Shown here: positions 13,618 through 27,195 of the stretch, in pieces | Numbering within the stretch: the stretch's first letter is position 1 | How the letters are laid out: each line of letters opens with the position of its first letter | Assembly: GCA_000165425.1 (NCBI GenBank) | Contig: CT868552.1 | Span: forward strand, 372,001 to 435,734 | Reading direction: 5' to 3' | Length of the DNA: 63,734 nucleotides | Origin: Paramecium tetraurelia | Taxonomy: Eukaryota | Program-made: the position numbers and the translations under genes | The notes under the pieces: generated by a model | What the model was told of the DNA's origin: nothing | What the model saw: the letters and a program-made list of their open reading frames with translations, nothing else | The model's database searches: none

Positions 13618-14598
13618 TCATTTCTTGGCTTTGGTTGGAGCTTTTTGAGTTGGTTATGGTACAGTCTTGGCTGGTGCAGTTGTCTTAACTGGGGCTGTGG
13701 CTTTAACTGGAGCAGCTACTTTGGCTGGTGCAGCACCCTTAGCTTATGTTGTTGCTTTAGTTGCTTATGTTGGTTTAACTTATTTAGTGTCTTTGGCCTA
13801 ATAATTGGCTTGAATTTCATACTTTTGGTTGTTCCTTGACTTTCTCCTTGATTTCAGATGAGGCCTTTCTGTGCTTCTTGTGAGCTTCATGGACATCATG
13901 AGCCAATTTTTTATATGCTTCCAAAGCTTATTTGGCCTTGGTTCTTCTGGCTTATTCTGTCTTCTTTTAGATGGTCTTTCTTCTCAATCTTGATTCGGTG
14001 ACGAGTCTTTGGATCTTTGGAGCCTTTTATCTCTTCTTTCCATCCTTGGTGGTCCATGTTCTTCTAATGAGATTCTTTTAAACTATAGCAACACCATCAG
14101 CCTTCTTGAATCCGAATAATCTTCTCAATTTGGTTAATCTCTTTGGACCCAATCTTCTTGGGACGTTTTTGATCTGTGAGTCCAGCAATTTCATTGGCAC
14201 CCTTCTTTACGACTTACAAGGCAAGTACTCTGATGTCTTGACCCACAATGCATCCTCTAATTGATTTGCGTTTCATCTCTCCATCCTTTCTTGGTCTGTA
14301 GCCCTTGTGTCCCTTTCTCATGAGGATTCTCACTCTTCCCTTGAATAGGACTCCTTGTCTCATTGGGAAACCTTGTTTATCGTTACCACCAGTGATCTTG
14401 AGTACATATCCTTTGTATTCCTCACCAAGGTTGTCAGCCTCGACAACTTGTCCCATTCTCTTATCGAAGAATATGGAGCTACATAATCACCCACAATTTA
14501 TTACCATTTCTTGTCATCATCAATTTCGACTGTTTTTTAAGCGCCTGTCAAAGGGTAGGAAATGTTGAACTAAGCAAAGCATATTTAGTTACCTTCAT
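13618..14598 (-). CDS. RPS6: 40S ribosomal protein S6 (eS6) with Lys/Ala/Pro/Thr-rich C-terminal extension
   Basis: MK|FNISYP..., [50 protein letters not shown]. Three introns. Confidence 0.98.
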
Positions 14599-15548
14599 AA
14601 AAATCTTGGATCTTTTAAATTAGATTTAAAATTATGTGTTTCACATTTTAATATTATCTAACTGTGCAAGACAACATCATATAAAATGAATAGAAACAAC
14701 AATCCCTCTCATTATGATCGAACTCAATAAAAACAAGGATTCAAAGGACTATTTATTGAGATAAATATAGAAGATCAAAATTTATTAATAAGATTTTAGT
14801 GTTATTTTGTATTTAATTTTGATTGTATTAAAGTAAAATATTTCTTAATTTGTGTTCTTAATTACGTCTACAATTCTATGCCTTATTTCAAAATTAAAGA
14901 CATCTCAGAAGGTGTAGACAGTAATCAAAAAGCTTAACTCCAACATAATTAGTTTAAAATTATATGAATAATTATGAATACATACAATTAATAGTTTATT
15001 ATTTTAATAATTTTTATACTCAACTTCTATACAAAATAAATATTAAACAGTATTGTAATTTGAATGGCTAACATAAAATAGTCAATCTGAACATTATTTA
15101 GAAATTGTATTTTCAAAATCTATAAAGAAAAAATTATTGTAATAGTTTAGAAATATGAGTTCATAGAATTTCATTGCATTAGCTTATTTCATAACCATGC
15201 ACCACATTTAATTAAAGAACCTTATGATTTCTATAGTCGTGACATATCCAGTTGATGTGAATCATTTAAATTAATGCAATTTAGAATTCATAGAATTGAT
15301 ACAATCTTTTGATGACTCAATTTACTTAATTAGATCAAAGTAATTATGTGATGGGACAATATGAATGACTCAAAATTCTATTTATGAAATCCGAACCACA
15401 TCATTCCTATAATTACAGGTACTAAATAAACTATATTTTTGTACTACTTATTATTATTTAGTAATTAATTAGTAAATTATTGTAAAGTATAGAAAAGGCC
15501 ATATATTTGATAAATAAATGAGTGTTAAAATAATATATTAATTATTAA

Positions 15549-15847
15549 ATGGGGTGTCTACATTCTAGAAATCAGTAACTCATAGAGGAACAAAAGGAGT
15601 AGGCAGCTATGAATGAACAAGATAAGAGTAAGGATTGTTTTTATATGGGATAGATAACAATTTGGATTTAGTGAGTTGTCCATGTTCAGAGAGTGAGAAT
15701 AGTTAGAACAAATCAACAAATAGAGTGTCTATCGAAGAATGTAGGAACTCTTTTAATCGAAGTATCGATTTGATGCAAGATATCAATAAAAAATTGGAAG
15801 CATTTTCAGGAAATGATTCAAATCTATCAGATAGTGAATTATAATGA
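15549..15847 (+). CDS. Small (~90 aa) protein with MGC N-terminal acylation motif
   Basis: MGCLHSRNQQLIEEQ..., one ~26-nt intron, ends ...SDSELQ*. Confidence 0.65.
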
Positions 15848-15881
15848 TATTAGTATTTTGTAAGGCTGTATAGACTCATAT

Positions 15882-18716
15882 TCATTATTATTAATGTGAA
15901 TCAACGATTTCTGAATATTTTTTAATGCTTAGATTAATGTTAGCTAATTATAATGACATTGCTCCATCAGAGAACTGATTCAAGGATTCATAAATGGGTT
16001 TCACGATGACCTTCAAGAATCCAATCTCATTTTTGGCATACTGAACCTCATCGTCTAAATTTCTGAGATACGGAGTCTAGGCGATACCAACTATATCTTC
16101 TAATTGAGACTTTAAAATCATATTATCGCTAATTTACTTATGCCTGAAATTCTTTCCTTAACCTTTCGCTCCACTCTCTGCCTATTTGATAAGACTTTGC
16201 TGCTCCGAAAAAGTCAGCGGCATGAGTCAAGAACCCACTCAGAAGAAGCTTGTTATCATCAGATTCTAGTTATTATATAACTTCTAAAGATACTAAAGAT
16301 TTTTGGATCGCCTAAGGATTGACCAAATTTAATTTCGATATCATTGAGCAGTTTAAAATGGAATTAATTATCGGTGGCTAACACATTATTCACAATGTAT
16401 TTTCTGATCATTATTTTGTCTGCTCTTGGGATTGATCCCAAAAAATCACATTGTTTCAATGCCAGCAATTTATAGGTGACTGCTATATGATGATTCTCTA
16501 AAACGGATTTATCATTGTATAACAAAGCCAATTTAGTCTAAGCATTCACTTAAAATAAATTATTTGTCCCAGGATGTCCAACATCATGACATAAACCTGC
16601 CAATGTCATAGCAAATCTCTATTAATCATTAAAACATGAACCAAATTTTGAATGATGAGCAAAAAGAAAACATCCATGCATTACATTGACTCCATGAGTA
16701 AAATTATGAAATGGATTTGCTGACTTATTATACTTGTATTTCAAGGCAGTTAAAAAATTGACGAGTTCCTTATTTTTTAATGTATATTATTTGGTGTATT
16801 CAAGCATATCAAAGATGTTATACACAATCATAAACTTATTCTTATACAATTTCTTGTTCAATAGATTAAACTCGTAATCTAGTAATCTTTCCTATAAATT
16901 AGGATCTATTGCTATTTTTCGATCATCTGGAGTATTCTTGTCCTCCTCCTCATATTTAGATAAGAACTATTCCAATTTTTTTGATTTCTTTTTCATTGTA
17001 TATGCTCTATATTTCTCTAGTGCTTATTCATGACTTTAGTTATAGATCGCATTTATTCTCCTCATATCTTGATCTGGCAAATACATCACCAAAGCTGATT
17101 CTCTAAAGAATTGATTTTCCATCACAAGTTGCTTTGATTTAAATGCCAATGTTGCCCTCTTTAGTGTCAATAATATTTTAACTTTGTTTCGAAAGATTTA
17201 TAATAATTCGTAGAGAGGTCTTATAAATCAACATTTGAAATACCTTTTCAATTGCATGTTGAATAAATAGACAGAAATTTATTTAACATCCTATTTGGTT
17301 CCTCTTTCGACTTTCAAAGAAAATTTATAGTAGCCATCGTTAAATTCCAAATGATCATTTTTAGATTCAATTAATTCTTTTACTTTTGCTATTACAATTG
17401 GGTTTTTTTCAAAGATCTTATAGAGTGGATCTCCAAAATTGATTTCTTTGGGTAGTTTGAATCGAGACCTATATCTATATGCATTAAGTACACAAATTAA
17501 TCATGATTCCATTAAACAGTCATGTAGTACACAAACAAGTAACTGTTAAAGAATAAACACATAATCATTTCATTATGCTAAGTAACTTATTAGAATGATT
17601 CTAATAAATACTTTTTCTATTTTAACTTCTTACTATATCTTTTGATGCTCTTTCTAAAAGTGCTCTGCACTTTTTCCTTCAATTAAGTGGAAAGATTGCC
17701 TTCCAAATCAATATACGCAACATCCCACTCGCTTTAAAAATTTAGCATTAGATAATTCTTTACATTTTATTACAACAATTCTTATAGATCACTTTGGCTA
17801 ACCAAACTTTGCAAACTAAACTACTTCATTATTTAAATCAATATGCTGAAGAGTAGTTTGTAATTTAAAATCTATATAGTTCTTGATACAAATTATAAGA
17901 TTTCCATTCTAATAGTCTATAATTTTTTTAATGCAGTTATTTGAGATCCTTATTTGATAATTGAAATGATTTGGTTGTAAAGAGAAGCAATCATGAAGTA
18001 CGATTTAAAGGTGCTATTGATATTTTCATTAAAGGTAAAAAAAATTATACCATTATTTGCTATTATATAAAATTAAGGTAATTAATCTGTTTTTAATAAT
18101 GTTACTAATTCTTTTGAAGTCTCGAGGATTTAATTATGTAATTGTGCTTGAATAAACTATTGTATATTCTGGACTTCTTTAATTGTAATTGATTCAAAAT
18201 TATTTGTAAGAATTTAACATTGCTCATTCTACATAAATTGTAGTAAAGTAAATTCATTAATGTTAAAATGCTTAAGTATTAATCGAATGAGACTCTTTAT
18301 TTGCTGCTGATGATTCTGTGCTATGAAGCACTCTTGATAGATTTCGTTGATATCTTGCTAAGATTAAATTAAGATTAAATTTACCTTAATGTCTCCATAA
18401 AACTACTTAATTTTACTCTTGAGCGATTTGCCAATATTGACTATGGAGTTACTAATATTAATGATATTCAGACTTACAAGTAGGATTTGATGATGTTATC
18501 ATTACCATTTTGAGTATCCAGCATTTTTGACATTTGAGCAATAAACTCACTTTATGGTAAACCATTCTCGTAGGAAACAATCAACTGCTTCAATTGTGGA
18601 TCATCCTTAGCAGCATGGTCGCAAAGTTGGGAATATTGGTCTGATGTAATTAGGGCCTGGCTTTTAAGCTAAATTAACAAGAATGTCAATCTGCTAGATA
18701 GAGAGAAATAACTCAT
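15882..18716 (-). CDS. 3',5'-cyclic nucleotide phosphodiesterase (class I) with long N-terminal region
   Basis: NPFHNFTHG, LAGLCHDVGHPGTNN, LYNDKSVLENHH, LATD, THAADF, EWSERLRKEF and EIGFLKVIV motifs. Confidence 0.93.
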
Positions 18717-18799
18717 TTTTAATCTGATAATTATATTTGAATATGGAGAAGATTATAATTTTAAACTTTTTATGAAATGCTTATACTTCTAGTTTATAT

Positions 18800-19752
18800 T
18801 CATGATTATATGACAAGAGATTATTTGTTTGAAGAAGGATTGCCTGGGACATCGTTATTTTCTATTATGGATCTTTTGATGAAATCCTTCGCCCATTCAA
18901 TGTCTTCTTTCAACTCAATCACTTACTTCTAGTACTTGTACCCTTTCTGAATGAATTCCTTGTACTCCGGATTGAGTTCTTCGAAGATATTCAAAAATTG
19001 ATAGAGCATATTCCTTGTGAATTGGTAACTCTGTAATATTCATAGGATCAAATAGCATACCTTCTACCAATTCTCAGGAGCCAATATCTTGAATATCCAG
19101 TTGGTATCAAAACACTTCGAAACCGAACTAACCTTCCCTCCAACCATCAGGATCAATCGACTAACTTGTAATATGAGAGTTACAAAGAGTGAGGCTATCT
19201 ATTTTTATTATTATCACTAATCATACTAGAACTAAGGGGAATATCCAATGGGAAAACTTAGAAAAGATCACAACGGTTAATGATTACACAAGAAAGGTTA
19301 CCACAAAGCAAAACTTGAATAAAGAATACAAGATGGGTAAATAAATGAAGCTGTCTAAGCATAACGTATGTGTTACCTAAATAGAATACGTTCACTCCCA
19401 ATAAGGCTGATATGATTCGGGCACTCAAAACAACTGCAAATGCTGCTCCAAAGGCAACCAATTCAAGCAATGCATATAGGAGATAACTGAATAGCAAGAG
19501 AGAATCATATTTGAAGACAGTGTCAAAATAAATCAGGACAAGATAGAGAGACAAAGCTTTCGTTGTAAAGTTGAGGAACGTCATAAATATTTCTATCTTC
19601 TCTATTTTGTCCAATTTATCAAGCGTATCATTTAACATAGCTTAAACATCAACGTATTCTGCTTTGTGAAGATCCTCATTATGGATATGAATTTGGTTTC
19701 CTTCCCAATCCTTTCCTATTAATAGTTCTTGGTTATCCTTTTCTTTATTCAT
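18800..19752 (-). CDS. Hypothetical multi-pass membrane protein
   Basis: MNKEKDNQELL... runs into the hydrophobic ORF 19258-19638. A 30-nt intron lies near 19031-19060. Stop at 18800-18802. Confidence 0.75.
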
Positions 19753-20881
19753 TAAAATATAAATAATTATTAATTTCTCATTCATTTCTATAACCAATAA
19801 CTCTCAACGCTACTGACAATCTCAATCTATTTCATCAGGCAAACTCAAATCTTAAAATTAAAAGATCAATACTAATTTATATTTATTAACTAATATATTT
19901 CAAACATGATAAAATACACTTTGACTCTCTCAATTCATTATTTCATTTTACTAATAGTTTATAATTTAAATTGAAAACAATTTATATCAAAAAATTAACT
20001 GCATAAGGAAGGATGGAGACTTCAGAATATAACATACATCGCAATTGTTAAATTTTTTTAAATAATAATTCTAAACAATATATATTGTAATATGTAATCA
20101 TATTTGACTTAATCTATTTATAGTAGTAATTTGTATATGATAGTATTGCAACAATAAATTATTAATAAAATATGTTTAAACTATATTTCTTAATCATAGT
20201 TAGAAAATGCTGTTATAGGGTTAATCACTTTGAATTTTAGACTTGAAATTTTAACTTAAATTGACTTTAACTTTATAATTTTATTTATTAACTTCATACT
20301 TATTTCATAAAACTTTTATTTTCTTGCATCTAATTTCAAAATGTTTATAGATTTCGACAAGATAAATGATAAATTTAGTTGTTAAATTTGGTAATATTAG
20401 GCATTTAGATTACTGAATATCATAGATTATATTATATTATGATATATAGTAATTTTTAATATAGTTACTTTTCTATTAGAATAATTCTAATAAATTCATT
20501 CTCATAAATTTCATCTGAATTCTTATTTATTAGATTTCACATACAAGACACTTTGTAAAGTGTTAATACTAATCAATATAGCAAGAAACACTATCTGATA
20601 AGATTAAATTTGGTATTACAAAATCAAATATTTGCTCAGATGTTTTTTTTATCTGGAATGAGGAGGATAGAAGTCCATGTTAAATTTAATAATCATTTGA
20701 TGTTTTGATTCAAATCGTCTATTTTACCCAGAATCTTGGAAGCAAAATTGTGGAATTTTATTAAGAAAAATGAGAGGCAAATAAAATGGAGGAAGAATAT
20801 ATGAAAGGTAATAGATAGCTGCGTTAGATTGTAATTTCTGTATTGTTTAAATGAAACAATGATATAGCAAATAAATATATA

Positions 20882-21167
20882 TCAAACATCTTATCCACTT
20901 GAAGCTACATTGAGTATTTGAAACAAGGCTTTGATTTAATAAATAATAATGAATACCTGATCCAACCACTACAAACAAGAACACTCCTAATAATATTGGA
21001 CCCACTGGTAGGTTTTCTTCTTTTTTCTATTAATGAATGAATATTCAATTATATTACAATCAATGATTTTGGAACCTTTCCTTATTTATGAATGTTTCCT
21101 TAATAGTTTTGGCTTCTCAATTTCATTGTTTAAGCAGATGGCTATGCTATATAAGAATAAGTACCAT
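20882..21167 (-). CDS. SERP1: RAMP4/SERP1 stress-associated ER protein
   Basis: M|PSAQTMKLRSQNYQGNIHKQGKVPKSLI|KKEENLPVGPILLGVFLFVVVGS|ALFQILNVASSGQDV*. Three introns; the first coding exon is the ATG alone. Confidence 0.9.
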
Positions 21168-21497
21168 CTCGATATTTTTCTGTTTTAATATTTTTATTAA
21201 TCAAATCACGCGTGTTATTGTTATTAGTTTAATATATAAAATAAGTATCTATAAAAATGAAAATTAATAAATGAAGCTTATTATTTAATTATTGAAGAAT
21301 ATATTGATATTAGCTTAATTGACCACTATAAAAGTAGAATAAATAATGTTAATGCTCTCTTAGATTCATTTTTAATAAATGCCTTTCCTATTTCTTTGCA
21401 TGATTATTATTTTAATGTTCTGCTAAATATTTGAAGAAGACGAAGCAAGAGAATAAATGTATTTTACTGGATATGTAAATGATTTTAATTGCTTATA

Positions 21498-21835
21498 TCA
21501 ATCTGTTTCTTATAGAAATCCTGCATCTCTTTTAGGGAATGAATTACATGAATCAACATGAATTTCGCTAAAGTTTAGTATAATAACAAAAGTTACAATC
21601 CAGTTCTGCAGCTCCAAACGTCATGTAATTTTTCATCCTATAAACACCAATGTCTTTGACAACATTATGATTTATGCAATCCGGCGCAAACATGGCCATC
21701 TGCTCTTTTACAATCTTTATGGCAATCATTATTTTCAATTGATGATTTCACCCATTTTTTGTCGTTACTTGTAATGGGAGGAGCCATTGAGGCAGAAACT
21801 ATTGTGACTATCAATAGAACTAATAATAATCTCAT
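21498..21835 (-). CDS. Small secreted cysteine-rich protein (102 aa, 8 Cys)
   Basis: Signal peptide MRLLLVLLIVTIVSA. Cys spacing C-x3-C-x7-C-x7-CC-x4-C-x11-C-x10-C. One 29-nt intron at 21568-21596. Confidence 0.8.
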
Positions 21836-21849
21836 TTCCGTTTTTATGT

Positions 21850-22790
21850 AATTTATTATATATATTATATATCTGCAAGAGTTTCCAAAACTATATTCCA
21901 TTCCCCGCGAATTTCTCTAAATTATGAAAAGAATTAGTTATTGTAGGATTTATCTACTTTTGAAACTCCCGTAGAATTAAAATCTAATATTATATCATAC
22001 AAACATATGAATCTCTATTATAAAAGGAGATATAAAATAACTGTCTTATATTTATATGAATAGGAGATCTCTCTTGGCTTGTAAAAGTAGGTTTCTGATG
22101 GATTTAGATTAACAAATAGCAGTAGTTTCTCTGATGAACAAAAAATGCAAGTTAAAAATGCTGATTCAATTAGAAAGCCATAATCTATATAATTCTTCTT
22201 TTTAATAAATAATTAAACATAAAATATCATATGAAGAGGTAGACTCCAGAAACAATCAAAGAGGCAAAATTAAATAGTTCTAATAACTCCTTTTTTTATT
22301 TAACAGTTGAGAAAATCGATTTTACCAATCCCAGGCAAACGCTAATTTTTAAGGCACAATTAGCTCATCGAATAGCTAATAAGTGAAGTACGATAACATT
22401 TATCTATTCTAGACTTTTGGCAAATCCCTCCCCAATTTTGATCTGATGATTTTATGATAATCCAGATAACATTATATAAAAAATACAATCAAGTCTTTGA
22501 TCAACATTTTGCTGTTTCTCTAATATTTCTATAAAAAAAGTCTTGCTGAGTTTTAGAGAAGAAATCACTACCAGATAGCATACACAGAATTTTTCATAGG
22601 GTTGAACAAGTAATTTAAATATACTTCAAATGAATAGGTGGAGTTGATGAGTATCTTATTAAATGAGAAGAACGTATCAGCTATTGAACACATTATGAAT
22701 AAATATTAAAGGTTAGGATTGATTTAATGTTGTGACTCAAACAAAAATGTTTAAAAATTAGTATATAAATTTAAATAAATTTATGATTAA
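21850..22790 (+). pseudogene. Possible decayed gene remnant
   Basis: Coding-like stretches in shifting frames (e.g. KSLAEFQRRNHYQIAYTEFFIG...) broken by TGAs that no 20-33 nt intron explains. Confidence 0.3.
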
Positions 22791-23922
22791 TGTTACATAG
22801 TTATTTATATAAAGATGTTTTTATATTATCTCATTAGAATCGAAATTAATCAAAAATTAATCTAACTCCATTTATTCATTAACTAAATAATTTAGAGTTC
22901 AAAAACTTTATGAATTTATTGAACAATTAATGACTTTAAAAATTTTAGAAACAACAATTTATAGTTTTCATTAAAATTTTTTTGTGATTGATATCATATT
23001 AAAATGGATGGCTAATAATTTCACTTGCTCTTGGAATTCAATTCAAAATCGAAGAAAAAAATTTTAATCTAATAAGTAAATTTTATCGCCTTTTGTTTTC
23101 AAATTAAAGATTATCAAATAAATTTATCATAAGTTGCAAAGACTTTCAATTCTATACAATTCTTGATTGAAACTCAATTTAATAACGATTTGAATGGTGG
23201 ATTTAACAAATAAATCAATATTAAAAAAGATTTCAAAATTTGAGAAGCCGACTCAAGATAACTCTATTAATCGAAATTTTGGATCAAAAGATAACAATAT
23301 AATATGATTAAGAAAGTTAATCAGAATATCTTAAAAAAGATATTAAATACACAGTCTATGAATTTCCCTAAGTACTTTTTATCAATATTCAAAGTGTTTA
23401 ATATAAATATAATGAATTTAAGAATAAAAATACTCGCTTCATAACCATAACAAATTGTTATCAACATTTTACTAAACTCCTGAATCATTTATCTATTATA
23501 TTTTAGATTGATGTAAAGTTAAATCACATAATATAGATTTTTCAAAATCCAACACATAACTATAAAAAATAATACAATTTAATAATAATTATATTAAACT
23601 TGATTTTACTGACTTTGTAATCATTTAAAATGTTTCTTTGAACTTTTAAGAGGTAGCAACTAGAATATAGGTTATAGTATAAGCTACAGTATAAACTCAT
23701 AGTTTTGGCAAACAAATTTGGTTTTGTTATTAAGATAATTTAATCTTAACTTTAAATTTCTTTATAGTTTAAATAAAGTAGTATTAGAAACAAATAAAAG
23801 TATCAATTAATCTAATATAGTAGGATAGGTAAAATAGAGAAATTAAAGTCATCATTGGAATTCTTTGAGATTTTGAAATTTTTTCATATATCAAATTAAT
23901 TATTTTTACTAAATATTTATAA

Positions 23923-24960
23923 ATGGGAGCTTGTAGTGGAATATGTGGATAAAGCAATACGGATCACACAATAGTTAATGGGAATCATGTGAATCAGTCA
24001 GATTTTGAATAATAGATTGATTAGGGTCTAAAAGGATCAGGACATTCAGTTAGATAATCTCAACAATCTTCAGATGTGAATGTTCCTTAAGTTCATTATG
24101 ATAATGATCATTATGAACAACTAAAGCGATCAAACTAGAGGTTTGAAGAAATAAAAACTTAATTATAACATGATTCTTTTCTTGAAAAATGTGAACCGGT
24201 AACACTTGAAACAGGAGCAATTTATACTGGATAGTGGAAGGATGAATAAAGACATGGTTGGGGGAGGTAAGTTTGGCCAGATTAATCAGTATATGAAGGA
24301 GAATGGGTTAATGATAAGGCATGTGGAAGGGGAAAGCTAATACATGCAGATGGAGACATTTATGATGGTGAATGGGCTAATGATAAGGCTAATGGTTTTG
24401 GAAGGTATTATCACAGCAATGGAGCAACATATCAAGGATAATGGAAAGATGACAAGTAAGAAGGATTTGGTGAAGAAACTTGGCCAGACGGATCTAAATA
24501 CAAAGGGTAGTATATAGATGGTAAAAAACATGGCAAAGGAAAACTGGAATTCATAGATGGCTCATTTTATGATGGAGAATTCTTGGCAAATGATATTCAT
24601 GGGAAAGGTACGTGTCAATATTTATTCATTTAGGATTGTATGTTTGGGCAGACAAGAGACAATATAATGGTGATTGGTAGAGGAATAAAATGCATGGATA
24701 TGGATTAACGAAATGGCCAGATGGTAGATCATATGATGGAGAGTAATTAGTTAAATTTATTTCTTAGATATAAGGAAGATAAAAAACACGGACATGGCAC
24801 ATTTATTTGGAGTGATGGAAGAAAGTACATTGGCTAGTGGGTTGATGGGAAGTAATAAGGATAAGGAGTGTTTATTAAATCAGATGGAACAAGCAAAAGA
24901 GGAGAATGGGCAGATGGAAAGAGAATCAGATGGACTGATGTTCATAAAGAGAGCTATTGA
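23923..24960 (+). CDS. MORN-repeat protein with N-terminal MGACSG acylation motif
   Basis: Tandem Y-x-G-x-W-xxx-xxxG-x-G repeats ([28 protein letters not shown], and others). Two introns. Confidence 0.92.
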
Positions 24961-25588
24961 TCTGATATTTAATATAATTTATTTTATTATTATACCACTC
25001 CTAAACGATATTCATAAATTTTAATATTAGCACATTAAATTCACTTGTTTTATAAATTAAGCATTTATAATCCAATAAATTTTAGAGATTAAAAATAATA
25101 GGACTATTGCCATTTGCTTTATCATATAGCAAATAAAATCAAATTTGCTTAATATTAACAAAAACCAATTAATTTATACTCACTTTTAGGTTTCTTTATA
25201 TTTCTTAAAAATGGTCATTAATTTAGAGTTAATGTTTTAATTATAATATAAGAAATAAATTTCTCTTAAATTTTGACTGTTTAGACTTAAAAATATTACT
25301 TTATAGTAATAACACTTAAATTATTACCAAATTTTTAATCTACGGCTATGATATTTGAAATTATAGGATCATTAATATGAGAAATAAAGATTGAATTTAA
25401 TGAACATAGTTTTTTATTATTTTCTATGCAATATGCATTATTTAAATTTTAAGATTAATAAGTGAGTTGAAAATTAATTACATACCTGAAGAATTTTGAG
25501 AAAAACCCCTACTTGATATATATAATCTTTTGAGTAGCAATTAATTTCTTTATATAATTTGAGTTTAATTATTAACTCATTAAAATAA

Positions 25589-27121
25589 ATGTTATCTAAT
25601 ACATCAAGAGGGCAGCAATAAAATCAATTTTCAAAGACTTAAACTCAAACTCTGATTCCCCTTTCTGAATTAAATCACATTAGGGGAAAGCTTAAGGGGG
25701 GCAATTTGGCTCAAGAAGAACGATAACTAGATAAAATGAGAATGTATAACTTGTTTTAATTTGTAGGAAGGCTAATTCTGAGGAAAGGATGAAACGTTGG
25801 CCTACCTCAATAGCAGCTTATAAATAAAAAAGAGATTAGCATAGATTTGAGAAATTCACTGCAGCGGAGGAAGAGAGAAGGAAAATTGACATTGAAGAGG
25901 AGATCTTTTAGAAAGGAGAAAAGAAAATTACGTTGGAAAAAGCCAACAAATAAATTTATGAGGAGAATGACAGAGTTAAAGCATTTCATGGAAAAATGCT
26001 CTTTTCTGATGTGTTGTTAGAGAGGGACGAATAAATTGTGATGGAGAAATACAAGAAAGAACTTCTTAACTAATAAGAAGAGATCTATAAATAAATAATA
26101 GAAGAACAATTAGAAGAGTACGATTAAAAGGAGACTTTGAAATAGAAACTGTAGCAATAAAGAAAGAAGGAATAAAAGGATATGTTACACAAGTAAAGAT
26201 GACATATATTTAGATAACACGAAGAAATGAAAGAGAAATATCTCACCAGATTGAAAGAAGAGAGGATTGAAGGAGAATTGATTAAATAAAAGGTTAAGGA
26301 TGCTTTAGAAGATGAATAGAAGATTTAAAGATTAAAGTAGGAAAAGATATTGGAAAATTAGAGATTAGTATAGCAGGCGAATGATTAACTGAAGGAGTTT
26401 AAAGTGTAATAAAAAATTAAGGAGAAAGAAGAGGATGAAAAGATAAGATAACATGCAGATAAGAAATAGAGAATAGCTGAGATGAGAAAAGTTAGAGAGG
26501 ATTTAAAATTCCATGAGAAATAGGAACAGAGATAAAAAATGATTGATCGTCAGATATAGTAGTTAGAGATAGTTAAAAAAGCCCAGGAAGAACATTTGAA
26601 TAAATAAATTATAGAAGCACAAGTAAAAGCTGAAGAGGTTGAGAAAATAAAAAAGTAGAAGAAGGAACAAATGTGTAGAGCAATTGATTACAGTAGAAAG
26701 ATTAAGGATGAAGTTAAAGACAGAGAGGCGAAATGTATTTTTAATTATTATATGTTTAGCTGTTGATTATCACAAAAAGGAATTTCAAACCTATTGGGAA
26801 AAAAGAGGGAGGGAACTAGAAGAGATTGAAAGAGCAGAAATTACAGCATAAAGAGAGAGAAGAGTTCAGAATTCCAGATTCTAATAAGATTAAATTAATG
26901 AAAAAATAGTAATTAATATTTGTTAATATATATTTTAGGGTCTAAGGGAAAAAGAATATCTTGAATAATTAGATTAATAGGAAGAGAAATAAAGAAAGAT
27001 AGAAAAGGAGGATGAGATTTTCATGATGTGGGCAAGTTAAAAGATTTAAGAGCAATCTAGAGAAGGAAAGAATATATTGCCATTAATAAAAGAATTAAAA
27101 AATTTAAGCAAAGTCTAATGA
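25589..27121 (+). CDS. CFAP210: CFAP210/CCDC173-like ciliary microtubule inner protein (TPH-type coiled coil)
   Basis: ERMKRWPTSI...EEERRKIDIEEEIFQ...LEKANKQIYEENDRVKAFHGKMLFSDVLLERDEQI, followed by a long E/K/R/Q helix. Confidence 0.7.
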
Positions 27122-27195
27122 TTATATATATATATTATGTTTCTTAAATATCCAATTATATCTTAGGTATTTAATATACACATAAATGCAGAATA

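Noticed and set aside
24220..24930. Regularly spaced repeats that might suggest a CRISPR-like array
   Set aside because: They are protein-level MORN repeats within a spliced eukaryotic gene, with no identical DNA repeats.
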